Shown: positions 9,852-18,579, numbered from the whole stretch's first letter. The stretch is DNA of 58,635 nucleotides, filler included, from an uncultured virus (IMG/VR IMGVR_UViG_2049941000_000260) (11 parts of one record of this genome joined end to end with filler, not necessarily neighbours in it); one strand, 5' to 3'. The notes: a model not told the origin generated them from the sequence alone. Numbers and translations are program-made.

Positions 9852-10187
9852 CTAACCCTCCACTAATTTCTCTCCTAAGTATTCTTTTAGTTCATTGATT
9901 GCGTCGTCCAAAGAATAAACGACGACGCACTTATAACCATGTAAAGAAAGTTTACTCATGGTTTCTTTCTGCTTTGGAGATACATGTCCTTTCTCAGACT
10001 TAACCTCCATAAACAGCCCATGAAAACCATTGGACGCTATAGGAAAAAATAGGTCTGGAACTCCAGGTAACAACCCCTCACGCGTTAATCTAATGCGGTT
10101 TGATGAGTCAACATCAGCCCCATTCGGAATTGAAAATACATCAATTTTGCAAAGCTTAGCATACTTTACAATGTTCGTTTGTATTTT
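9852..10187 (-). CDS. VRR-NUC nuclease (5' truncated)
   Basis: IPNG...GLLPGVPDLF...GLFMEVKSEKGHVSPKQK. Confidence 0.85.
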   Translation of the reverse strand, partial: KIQTNIVKYAKLCKIDVFSIPNGADVDSSNRIRLTREGLLPGVPDLFFPIASNGFHGLFMEVKSEKGHVSPKQKETMSKLSLHGYKCVVVYSLDDAINELKEYLGEKLVEG

Positions 10188-10197
10188 NNNNNNNNNN

Positions 10198-10418
10198 GTT
10201 ACATCATCTTTGATTATAAGCTTCTTATTAAAAATCTCACTATCTGCGTCTTTAGCATTCCAAACTGTTGGAGTTTCACCAATAACGCAGTTCTCTCCTA
10301 TGGTTACATTGTTCCCAATTACAACATTTTGACGAATAATTGTATTATCGCCTATACAACAATTATCTCCAATGGTTACTGTAGGATCTATCTTACAATT
10401 ATTTCCTATAAAATTCAT
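10198..10418 (-). CDS. LpxD-like acyltransferase, second allele N-terminus
   Basis: Near-identical start to 8255-8749. Confidence 0.7.
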
Positions 10419-10936
10419 AATGTTTCTTGCTGTTGAGCTTGTTCACCACCTAAAGACTGTGATCTTCTACGGCCCAAAACACTTCTTCTTTGCAACATTC
10501 TGCCTCGTTCTGCGTAAATATCTAAGTTTTGCAATGATTCAAAACCTGCAGGAACATAACGATCAGGGTATTGTTGACGGAGTTCATAATTCTTCATTGC
10601 ATCCAAATAAACTCTGCTTTTAAAAGCATTATTGTATGCTGTCCTTATAGACGCTTCATTACGACGCCTAATCTCAGAATCAATAAACGACATCCGCTGA
10701 TCAAACTCCTGAGGATGATATATTTTCATCCTAGCTAAATTTGATGCAAACTCATCGATGGAATACAAACGGTTTGATCTTAAACTAAATTGTGGTTTTG
10801 TATGTCCATTTACAGAGAGTGGTTCTACTACTGATTTGTTAGGGTCTGCAAAACCAAGACTAACATTATCATCGTTCATTTTTTGCACAACACCTACCAT
10901 TTCTTGAGCAATTCTATCAGGTCCAATAAACCCCAT
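10415..10936 (-). CDS. hypothetical protein (allele of 8755-9297)
   Basis: Colinear homolog with indels. Confidence 0.7.
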   Translation of the reverse strand: MGFIGPDRIAQEMVGVVQKMNDDNVSLGFADPNKSVVEPLSVNGHTKPQFSLRSNRLYSIDEFASNLARMKIYHPQEFDQRMSFIDSEIRRRNEASIRTAYNNAFKSRVYLDAMKNYELRQQYPDRYVPAGFESLQNLDIYAERGRMLQRRSVLGRRRSQSLGGEQAQQQETL

Positions 10937-10940
10937 AATC

Positions 10941-11489
10941 TTATCCCAATAAAGCGTTTAAACTTCCATAATATTCATCGTCATTCCATCCGCGACGACG
11001 TCCACGTTGCATTCTTTGTTGAAGTCTTGCCATACGTTCAGTTTCAATGTTTAACTCTGAACGTCTTGTTGAAGCAATAGAAGCGGCTCTACGTCTCATT
11101 TCCGTATTCTGACGTGATACTTCAGCTTCCTGTCTCGACATAAAAGCTTTCTGGTTGTTGTAATAATCTTCCTGCATTTGACGCATCTTAGCGGCTTCAT
11201 TCATCTTCATGCCTGTATAGCCACCAACTGCACCACCAAGCAATGCAGCCTTAGACACAGTACCTAAAGAACCAAGACTTGCCGATCCGCTTAATGCGCC
11301 TGTAGCAGGAGCAAGCGCAGCTCCTAATGCAGCACCTCCTAAAACAGGTAATGCAACACGACGTACGTCTTTATTTACTGCAGACGCAACGCCCAAACCT
11401 ATAGCGGCTGTCCCTGCAACCGTAGCTGCAGTTCCACTGAACCCTAAAAAACCGCCAACAGCGCTAGCAATAGGTGCGAAGACCCCCAT
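10941..11489 (-). CDS. Gly/Ala-rich putative virion protein (allele of 9302-9850)
   Basis: Same length, near-identical protein. Confidence 0.55.
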   Translation of the reverse strand: MGVFAPIASAVGGFLGFSGTAATVAGTAAIGLGVASAVNKDVRRVALPVLGGAALGAALAPATGALSGSASLGSLGTVSKAALLGGAVGGYTGMKMNEAAKMRQMQEDYYNNQKAFMSRQEAEVSRQNTEMRRRAASIASTRRSELNIETERMARLQQRMQRGRRRGWNDDEYYGSLNALLG

Positions 11490-11491
11490 AA

Positions 11492-11704
11492 TTAACCCTC
11501 CACTAATTTCTCTCCTAAGTATTCTTTTAATTCCTTAATTGCGTCGTCTAAAGAATAAACGACGACGCACTTATAACAATGTAAAGAAAGTTTACTCATG
11601 GTTTCTTTCTGTCTTGGTGAGACATGTCCTTTCTCAGATTTAACCTCCATAAACAGCCCATGAAAACCATTGGACGCTATAGGAAAAAACAGGTCAGGTA
11701 CTCC
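11492..11704 (-). CDS. VRR-NUC nuclease, second allele fragment
   Basis: Near-identical to 9852-10065. Confidence 0.8.
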   Translation of the reverse strand, partial: GVPDLFFPIASNGFHGLFMEVKSEKGHVSPRQKETMSKLSLHCYKCVVVYSLDDAIKELKEYLGEKLVEG

Positions 11705-11817
11705 NNNNNNNNNNTTATTATGACATAAAAACGAAACAATGCAATAAAAACTATCAAATAAACTATCAAATAATTATAGTCAAATAAACCTTGACCTTTT
11801 AATTATTTTACTGTTGT

Positions 11818-12103
11818 ATGTTTTTTGTGAATGTTAATGGTGTTAAAGTTGGTTATATGCGCATCAGCACGTCTGATGGAAAGCAATGTTTAGATTTACA
11901 AGAAACAGCTCTTATTGAAGCAGGCGTTTCTCCAAATAAAATATATAGCGACATGGAGTCTGGGGCTAAAGAAGACAGACCCGGTTTCATGTATATGGTC
12001 AAAGCTCTTAATCCTGGAGATACTGTTGTTGTGTGGGCAATAGACAGGCTCGGAAGAAACACGAAACAACTTGTTGTGACTGTAGATGATTTTAAAAAAA
12101 GAG
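11818..12103 (+). CDS. serine recombinase (resolvase/invertase), N-terminal fragment
   Basis: GYMRIST catalytic motif, GDTVVVWAIDRLGR. Confidence 0.9.
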
Positions 12104-12113
12104 NNNNNNNNNN

Positions 12114-12494
12114 CAGCAATCCACTTCAATTGTGTAAGTGCCTCATGGCTCTCCTTGTATTCATGGAAATTCTTTGAAACAATGGCTGAATCTCGCTCAT
12201 TGTCCTTTGTTAATTGTAACCGCTCCTTTCTGAGGTCCATGCTCGTCGTGATCAATGCGTTGATAGCACTCTCATCTAAACACTTAGCTAATAGTATCTC
12301 CTGTGAATCAGGATGCCCTATAATAGCAAAAACACCATCTAAAGCCTTATTTGCCAGCTCTAAATCAACATCCTCCTGACGGGCATAAGAGAGCAATATC
12401 TGCATGTTGTCATGCAATTTGGCATTGATTTCTTTGATCCTGTGATTGCGCTCAACTAATACTTCCGGACCTATCGTCTGACAGCCGGCGAGGA
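12114..12494 (-). CDS. lipoprotein with C-terminal TM, allele fragment
   Basis: Homolog of 17952-18404, beginning at LAGCQTIGPEV. Confidence 0.65.
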
Positions 12495-12504
12495 NNNNNN
12501 NNNN

Positions 12505-12632
12505 AAAGGCAGGAAATAAACAACCTTTTATTTCATTATGTCACAATGAAGTAAAAATGCAACAAAAAGATAGAAATAATCCTGAGAAATAATTATTGGA
12601 AACAAACCTTGACCTTTTTATTATTTCCTGTT
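12505..12632. promoter_or_regulatory. putative res site / resolvase promoter
   Basis: GAAATAAA-N6-TTTATTTC (12513-12534); CAGGAAATAA/TTATTTCCTG inverted pair (12510/12621); repeated AGAAATAAT directly upstream of the resolvase. Confidence 0.5.
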
Positions 12633-12635
12633 CTT

Positions 12636-13244
12636 ATGTTTTTTGTGAATGTTAAAGTTGGATATATGCGCGTCAGTACTTCTGACGGAAGACAAAAATT
12701 TGATATGCAAGAAACAGCTCTGCTTAAAGCAGGCGTTGCTCCCGAAAAGATATACAAGGATATGGAATCAGGCGCAAAAATAGACCGAATTGAGTTTAAC
12801 TATATGCTTAAATCCCTGAATCCTGGCGATACAGTTGTTGTTTGGAATCTTGATAGACTCGGAAGAGATTTTAACCAAATGATGGAAACTATCGATGACT
12901 TAAGGAAAAGAGATATTAAAATAGAATCATTGACAGATTTTCGTGGAATTGATGTAAATCCAAACACAGCCTCTGGACGGTTTTTCTTTCGTGTCGTTGC
13001 AGCAAGAGCTCAATGGGAGCGCGAGATAATTATCGAGAGAATAAACTCAGGACTTGCAGAAGCAAAAAGGCGAGGAATGCATCTTGGAAGAAGGTTTAAG
13101 TTCAACGAATACGACAAACAAACTATTCAACACATGATTAAAGCAAACGTACCCAAAAAAGAAATTGCACAACGTTTTAATGTAACTGTTAGAACACTGT
13201 GTAATTACTTCACTCCAGATGGAGAAATAAAACAAAGAGGATAG
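12636..13244 (+). CDS. serine recombinase, resolvase/invertase family with C-terminal HTH
   Basis: GYMRVST, LDRLGR, EREIIIERINSGL...GR, HTH IAQRFNVTVRTL; about 200 aa with no large integrase C-terminal domain. Confidence 0.92.
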   Translation: MFFVNVKVGYMRVSTSDGRQKFDMQETALLKAGVAPEKIYKDMESGAKIDRIEFNYMLKSLNPGDTVVVWNLDRLGRDFNQMMETIDDLRKRDIKIESLTDFRGIDVNPNTASGRFFFRVVAARAQWEREIIIERINSGLAEAKRRGMHLGRRFKFNEYDKQTIQHMIKANVPKKEIAQRFNVTVRTLCNYFTPDGEIKQRG

Positions 13245-13257
13245 AAAAATACACAAA

Positions 13258-14187
13258 ATGAATGTTGGAGAATTATTTGCTGGTATTGGTGGTATAGGTC
13301 TTGCTTTTAAGCAGGCTGGGTTTGATATTGGTTGGGCTAATGAGTTAGATAAAAAAGCATATCTAACGTATTCTAATAATTTCAATAACTATGCCGTAAA
13401 TGAGGATATGCGCAAAGTTAATCCGATTGATTTGGGACCTGTTGATGTATTAGCTGGTGGGTTTCCATGTCAGTCATTTTCAATAGCTGGATACCAAAAA
13501 GGATTTAATGATGATAGGGGTAATTTGTTTTTTGATATATTGAGTTTTGTTGATGTGTTACAACCGCCAGTAATCTTTTTGGAGAACGTTAAAAATTTAC
13601 TGACTCATGATTGCGGTAGGACGTTTAAAATCATTCAAGGTGAATTATCAAAAGCAGGTTATTACATTAAACACAAAGTAATGAATACAACTGAATATTC
13701 TGATGTACCACAAAACAGAGAAAGGTTGTATATTGTTTGCTTTGGATATAAAGAGCATTACCTGAAGTTTAAGTTCCCGAACCCTGTAAAGAAGACAAAA
13801 AGCATTAGAAGTTTGTTGGATTCAAATGTATCTGAAGAGTTTTCTTACAAAAACTCACGATACTATGACAAATTGAAGGATGTAATGAAGAATTCAGACA
13901 CTCTCTATCAATGGCGCAGGACCTATGCAAGAGAGAACAAGAAAGGTTTATGTCCTACACTAACAGCTAACATGGGCACTGGTGGACATAATGTTCCTTT
14001 GGTGCTTGATGGTGATGACATTAGAAAATTAACACCAAGAGAGTGTGCCAGGTTTCAGGGGTTTCCTGATAGTTTTGTACTTCCTAAAGAATTGCCAAAT
14101 TCAGAGCTATATAAACAAATAGGGAACAGTGTTTCTGTTCCAGTTGTTAAGGCGATTGCTAAGAATATATTGGCTGTTTTTAAGTAA
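13258..14187 (+). CDS. dcm: DNA (cytosine-5)-methyltransferase
   Basis: FAGIGG, GFPCQ, ENV, PQNRER and YKQIGNSV motifs all present. Confidence 0.95.
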   Translation: MNVGELFAGIGGIGLAFKQAGFDIGWANELDKKAYLTYSNNFNNYAVNEDMRKVNPIDLGPVDVLAGGFPCQSFSIAGYQKGFNDDRGNLFFDILSFVDVLQPPVIFLENVKNLLTHDCGRTFKIIQGELSKAGYYIKHKVMNTTEYSDVPQNRERLYIVCFGYKEHYLKFKFPNPVKKTKSIRSLLDSNVSEEFSYKNSRYYDKLKDVMKNSDTLYQWRRTYARENKKGLCPTLTANMGTGGHNVPLVLDGDDIRKLTPRECARFQGFPDSFVLPKELPNSELYKQIGNSVSVPVVKAIAKNILAVFK

Positions 14188-14261
14188 TAAACAGAATAGA
14201 AAATTTTCTATATAGTATTTTTTTGTTGATTTTTTTGTAAAAATTTCTTTTGGTTATACTT

Positions 14262-14447
14262 GTGAATGATTTTGAGCTTATGAACGCTAAAGAAGCAGCG
14301 GCGTATCTGCATGTGTCTCTAGCGAGTATATATAATCTAGCAAACCAGAAGTTTAACGCTATACCACACGTTAGAATTGGTGCTCGTATTGTCTTCACAA
14401 AACAAGGTCTTAACGAATATATACTAAGGAATACAAGAAATGGATAG
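14262..14447 (+). CDS. excisionase-like HTH DNA-binding protein
   Basis: LMNAKEAAAYLHVSLASIYNL...IPHVRIGARIVF; partial second copy at 14780-14822. Confidence 0.8.
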   Translation: MNDFELMNAKEAAAYLHVSLASIYNLANQKFNAIPHVRIGARIVFTKQGLNEYILRNTRNG

Positions 14448-14616
14448 ATTAGAGCAATACTACAGGGATGACTTCTGCATTGAAGCAGATGTCCTATATG
14501 ACGCACTAAAAGCAAGGTTGCAAAATAGATTACATCAGCAAGTTTATAAAACAAAACAGATCGTCAAATTCCCACAAGATGTTTTTGTTCAAGCATTGGA
14601 AACACGGGCTGAGTAG
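14440..14616 (+). CDS. 58-aa hypothetical protein (not in ORF track)
   Basis: MDRLEQYYRDDFCIEADVLY...; conserved at the same length in copy 14815-14991. Confidence 0.6.
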   Translation: MDRLEQYYRDDFCIEADVLYDALKARLQNRLHQQVYKTKQIVKFPQDVFVQALETRAE

Positions 14617-14769
14617 TTCATCAACATACAACTCTTGGAAGAATATGATACAGCGTTGTAACAATCCAAATGCAAACAATTACCATAACTACGGCGGACG
14701 TGGCATTACCGTTTGTAGTGAATGGACAGACTTTTCTCGTTTCTTAAAAGACATGGGCGAGAAACCTAA
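14579..14769 (+). CDS. HNH endonuclease, N-terminal fragment
   Basis: Allele of 14954-15382. Confidence 0.75.
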
Positions 14770-14953
14770 NNNNNNNNNNGGGTCTTAACGAATATATACA
14801 GAGGAATACAATCAATGGATAGATTAGAGCAATACTACCAAGATGACTTCTGCATTGAAGCAGATGTCCTATATGATACATTAAAAGCAAGGTTGCAAAA
14901 TAGATTACGTCAGCAAGTCTATAAAACAAAACAGTTGGTTAAATTTCCACAAG

Positions 14954-15382
14954 ATGTTTTTATTCAAGCATTGGAAGCACGGGCTAAGTAAATCGCCAAC
15001 CTATATCTCCTGGAAAAATATGATACAGCGTTGCAATAATCCTAATGCAAGCAATTACCACAATTACGGAGGTAGGGGAATTACCGTCTGTAGCGAATGG
15101 ACAGACTTTTCTCGTTTCTTAAAAGACATGGGCGAGAAACCTAAGGGTTGCAGTATTGAGCGTAAGAATAATAATGCAGGGTATTGTCCTGAAAATTGTA
15201 TCTGGGCTTCAAAAAAGGATCAGGCAAACAATCGTAGGGGCAATATCCTCATTGATTTAAATGGCGTACGTTATACCGTTGCTCAATTTGCTGAGAGATT
15301 TCACTTAAATGCTCAGCAACTCTATGCAAAGCTAAATCAACATCGCAGTAAAAATAACCCCAACCAAATGAATCTTTTCTAA
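14954..15382 (+). CDS. phage HNH-type endonuclease
   Basis: HG...SWKNMIQRC...YGGRGITVCSEW...SIERKNNNAGYCPENCIWA...QANNRR. Confidence 0.85.
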   Translation: MFLFKHWKHGLSKSPTYISWKNMIQRCNNPNASNYHNYGGRGITVCSEWTDFSRFLKDMGEKPKGCSIERKNNNAGYCPENCIWASKKDQANNRRGNILIDLNGVRYTVAQFAERFHLNAQQLYAKLNQHRSKNNPNQMNLF

Positions 15383-15524
15383 GTTTTGTTTCGTCGTTCA
15401 ACAAAGGAATAATAAACTAAGTAAAAATAACAGGCTGAGCATAAAACATACCATGTATGCAAGGTCGAATTAAAAAGCAAAGAGTGTCCTACAGTGGGGG
15501 ATAGATAATTAAATCCGTTTTTGT

Positions 15525-16394
15525 CTATCCCCTATTAACTTTTATGCTATGAAAAGTTATCACTTCGTCATTTTTCCAGTCCTTAATCTTACACAAAATA
15601 GGTTCTCCCTCACTTGAAGCTTTAGAAAACAAATCTAACTGAACCTCGCTCTTACTAAACGGAACGCAATCTTTGAGACCATCCATCTGCCATATGTTCC
15701 AAGTAATTATGTCCGTAATCTCCAACAAAAGCTTTAATTCAGGCTCTTTGTTAAACCTGGCAACATAATAATCAATGAATGTGTTTAGAATGTTCTCACG
15801 GGCTAAAAACAGATTGTCTCCCTGGAACTCAAAGCCATATGTGCTTTTATAGGCTTTAAATGCCCACTCAAGCCATTCTGAATGTGTGAATGTATTCTCG
15901 TTTACCACACGCAGTTTGCGATCTAATACACCTATTCTGCGATCTAATGGCAGTTCTTCTCCTGTTGTAGTATCATACCTGGACACCAAATAAGGTGCTT
16001 CACCACAGGTAATCTCTAGCCACATTAACTGAACGTATCTCTTCCAATCTTTATCGCCACCTGGAAATGCTATCTTGTTTTGATTTGGAAACCATCCTTT
16101 GTCTTGCATGGAATTAAAAACATCCTTTTGACCAAACCAATCTTCATCAATATTATTATTCATTTCGCAACAGAGCCAAGATGGGGTAAATACTTCTGCT
16201 CTCTTTCGCGTTCTATTTTTTTGCTCATCTTTGGTTTTCTCGGTGCGACGCTTAATGGCATATACCAATTCGGGCAAAATCGGCATTTTGGCAGAAAATT
16301 GATCGCCAAGTTGGCAATAGCTATCGGTTGCCCAAATGATATTTTTGTTTGTCGTTCTATCTTTTAGAAGGAAATTTAGAATAACCCCGTCCAT
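15525..16394 (-). CDS. restriction-modification methyltransferase N-terminal subunit (Eco57I-like, SAM-binding half)
   Basis: RAEVFTPSW, LEITCGEAPYL, YGFEFQGDNL...NIWQMDGL; no (N/D)PPY motif. Confidence 0.75.
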   Translation of the reverse strand: MDGVILNFLLKDRTTNKNIIWATDSYCQLGDQFSAKMPILPELVYAIKRRTEKTKDEQKNRTRKRAEVFTPSWLCCEMNNNIDEDWFGQKDVFNSMQDKGWFPNQNKIAFPGGDKDWKRYVQLMWLEITCGEAPYLVSRYDTTTGEELPLDRRIGVLDRKLRVVNENTFTHSEWLEWAFKAYKSTYGFEFQGDNLFLARENILNTFIDYYVARFNKEPELKLLLEITDIITWNIWQMDGLKDCVPFSKSEVQLDLFSKASSEGEPILCKIKDWKNDEVITFHSIKVNRG

Positions 16395-16941
16395 ACTTAC
16401 CCTCAAGGGTTTGTTTTAAATCAGAAAGCATTTCTCCCTTCAATTGACCAACCCTTGACTCACTGATGTTTATTTTTTTGCCGATAGAAGCAAGCGTTTC
16501 CCCTTTAGATAACAACTCCCAAACGGCTTGCTTTCTCTCTTTATATGTTGAAATCCTATTGAAAACAATATGTTTAACCTCTTTTACTTCTGTAGCCGTT
16601 GCAGGGTCTTCGTTAATATCATAAACAAAAAACTTTTCTAAAAATTCTGGGTCATTTAAAACACGAATAGGGTAATACAAGCTTGCTTTTAACCTGCTTC
16701 TTCGTGTTTCTTTTTTACTGAAATTAAACCCACTTTTTCTCAACAAAATACGCCTAGCGTCAAAAAACATATGTTCACACTTAACCCATTTATTGCTTTG
16801 GCATCTATACATTATTGCATCAAAGACAGCGTCATACGACTCTTCTCTATCAAACCCCTCTTTTCTTAATGCTCCAACATACTTCCAAAAAACAGGTTGC
16901 AACCTAAGAAACATGTCCCAATTTACTAATCTAGTGTTCAT
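16357..16941 (-). CDS. sigma-70-like factor with region-4 HTH
   Basis: C-terminal GETLASIGKKINISESRVGQL resembles FliA/WhiG-type region 4; allele fragment at 17787-17941. Confidence 0.6.
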   Translation of the reverse strand: MNTRLVNWDMFLRLQPVFWKYVGALRKEGFDREESYDAVFDAIMYRCQSNKWVKCEHMFFDARRILLRKSGFNFSKKETRRSRLKASLYYPIRVLNDPEFLEKFFVYDINEDPATATEVKEVKHIVFNRISTYKERKQAVWELLSKGETLASIGKKINISESRVGQLKGEMLSDLKQTLEGKYGRGYSKFPSKR

Positions 16942-17084
16942 TTTATGTTAATTTTGAAAAGCTTCTTACATCTAGGGAAACTCCACGGATCATATGGTTC
17001 ACTATTAGGACATGTGTCTTTAAATACAACGCCTTGACAGCCACCTAATAGCAATAAAACAGCATATTTAAGCCAGCTCCGCAT
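16938..17084 (-). CDS. 48-aa lipoprotein (not in ORF track)
   Basis: MRSWLKYAVLLLLGGC lipobox; ATGA overlap with the sigma-like gene. Confidence 0.6.
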   Translation of the reverse strand: MRSWLKYAVLLLLGGCQGVVFKDTCPNSEPYDPWSFPRCKKLFKINIK

Positions 17085-17295
17085 CTTGATTCACTACATC
17101 GTCGTCAACTGTTAAGCTTTCCTTAAACGTTGCCTCTCTGGCATTCTCTAACTGCATGCAATTGTAGCAAATATATCCGCAATGAGAGCACTCTTCTCTC
17201 GTAACAGCTCTGTTTTCGTATGTCTTTGTGACATTGTCATAATTGCAAAAGGTTGTTCTTCCGCAACATTTGCAAGTGAATTGATAATTTAACAC
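17068..17295 (-). CDS. small Cys-rich zinc-finger-like protein
   Basis: Three CxxC pairs; allele at 17558-17785. Confidence 0.7.
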   Translation of the reverse strand: MLNYQFTCKCCGRTTFCNYDNVTKTYENRAVTREECSHCGYICYNCMQLENAREATFKESLTVDDDVVNQDAELA

Positions 17296-17356
17296 TGTGT
17301 CCCCTTTAAAAAAGTTTAGGTTTAAAAATGAATAAACAAATAGCTCNNNNNNNNNN

Positions 17357-17547
17357 CCAGTGTCGATTTAAAGAAAGAGAAAATGCAACTAACCAAAGAG
17401 AATGAGCGTGATTCTGCTGTTGTAAGTAAAAACTTTCATGAGTTCAAAGAGAGTCACGAAACTCTTTTGCAGCTTAAATGGTTGGGTGGCATATTACTTT
17501 TTGTTGGAGCTATTTGTTTATTCATTTTTAAACCTAAACTTTTTTAA
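17357..17547 (+). CDS. lipoprotein C-terminal fragment with TM helix (third copy)
   Basis: ...LLQLKWLGGILLFVGAICLFIFKPKLF*. Confidence 0.65.
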
Positions 17548-17557
17548 AGGGGACACT

Positions 17558-17785
17558 ATGCTAGATTATCAATTTACCTGCAAGCATTGCGGGAGAACCA
17601 CCTTTTGTAATTATGATGGTGTGACTCACACCTATGGAAACCGTGCAATCACCCGTGAGGAATGCTCTCATTGTGGCTATATTTGCTACAATTGCAGGCA
17701 GTTAAATGATGCCAGAGAGGCAACATTTAAGGAAAACTTAACGGTTGACGATGATATTGTGAACCAGGATGCAGAGCTGGCTTAA
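17558..17785 (+). CDS. zinc-finger-like protein allele
   Basis: MLDYQFTCKHCG...CSHCGYICYNC. Confidence 0.7.
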   Translation: MLDYQFTCKHCGRTTFCNYDGVTHTYGNRAITREECSHCGYICYNCRQLNDAREATFKENLTVDDDIVNQDAELA

Positions 17786-17786
17786 A

Positions 17787-17941
17787 ATGAACACTAGATT
17801 GGTAAACTGGGACATGTTTCTTAGACTGCAACCTGTTTTTTGGAAGTATGTTGGAGCGTTAACAAAAGAGGGGTTTGATAGAGAAGAGTCTTATGACGCT
17901 GTCTTTGATGCAATAATGTATAGATGCCAAAGCAATAAATG
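17787..17941 (+). CDS. sigma-like factor allele, N-terminal fragment
   Basis: Near-identical to the start of 16357-16941. Confidence 0.6.
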
Positions 17942-17951
17942 NNNNNNNNNN

Positions 17952-18404
17952 TCCCAACCATTTAAGTTGCAAAAGCGTTTCGTGACTCTCTTTGAACTCA
18001 TGAAAGTTCTTACTTACAATAGATGCATCACGCTCGTTCTCTTTAGTTAGTTGCATTTTCTCTTTCTTCAAATCGACACTGTTTGCTATGATCGCTTGTA
18101 TTGCGCTCTCATCTAAAACCTTAGACAATAATACCTCTTGCGAATCAGGATGCCCTATAATGGCAAATACGCCATCCAAAGCCTTGTTTGCAAGCTCTAC
18201 ATCAATATTCTCTTGCCGTGCGTATGACAAAAGAATCTGCATGTTGTCATACAATTTTGCATTGATCGCTTTGATCCTGTGATTGCGCTCCGATATTACC
18301 TCCGGACCTATCGTCTGACAGCCGACACAGGCAAAGCAACCTACTGCTATCAGAAGCCACATACTGCATGGATGTTTTAATTTTTGTGTGAATGTTTTGA
18401 GCAT
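17952..18404 (-). CDS. lipoprotein, candidate unimolecular spanin
   Basis: Signal peptide ending CVGC, helical body; C-terminal TM seen in copy 17357-17547. Confidence 0.55.
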
Positions 18405-18405
18405 G

Positions 18406-18579
18406 TTAATCATCCGTCAAGTAATAATCTGGAACGCCATCACAGAAAGTGTCATTTACTACCCAATTGGCTACCATTAAGCCGATCGCAAGACCGGCTA
18501 ATAAACAGATAAATAAATTAATAAACGTTTCTAATTCAAACTGCGTGGCTTGTTTGATTTTCTGCAAGATTTTGAGCAT
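18406..18579 (-). CDS. 57-aa single-TM protein, holin/antiholin candidate (not in ORF track)
   Basis: MLKILQKIK...FINLFICLLAGLAIGLMVANW...; conserved copy at 2-100; AGGACAC upstream. Confidence 0.55.
   Translation of the reverse strand: MLKILQKIKQATQFELETFINLFICLLAGLAIGLMVANWVVNDTFCDGVPDYYLTDD

Noticed and set aside
8255..11704. Tandem duplication of a four-gene block (and other apparent duplications or inversions)
   Set aside because: The copies are separated by N gaps and differ by scattered, mostly silent substitutions; they are better explained as alleles from sibling genomes.
15398..15454. 18-aa hydrophobic peptide MVCFMLSLLFLLSLLFLC (minus strand) as a type I toxin
   Set aside because: No RBS, no second allele, no evident antisense partner; T-rich DNA yields such ORFs by chance.
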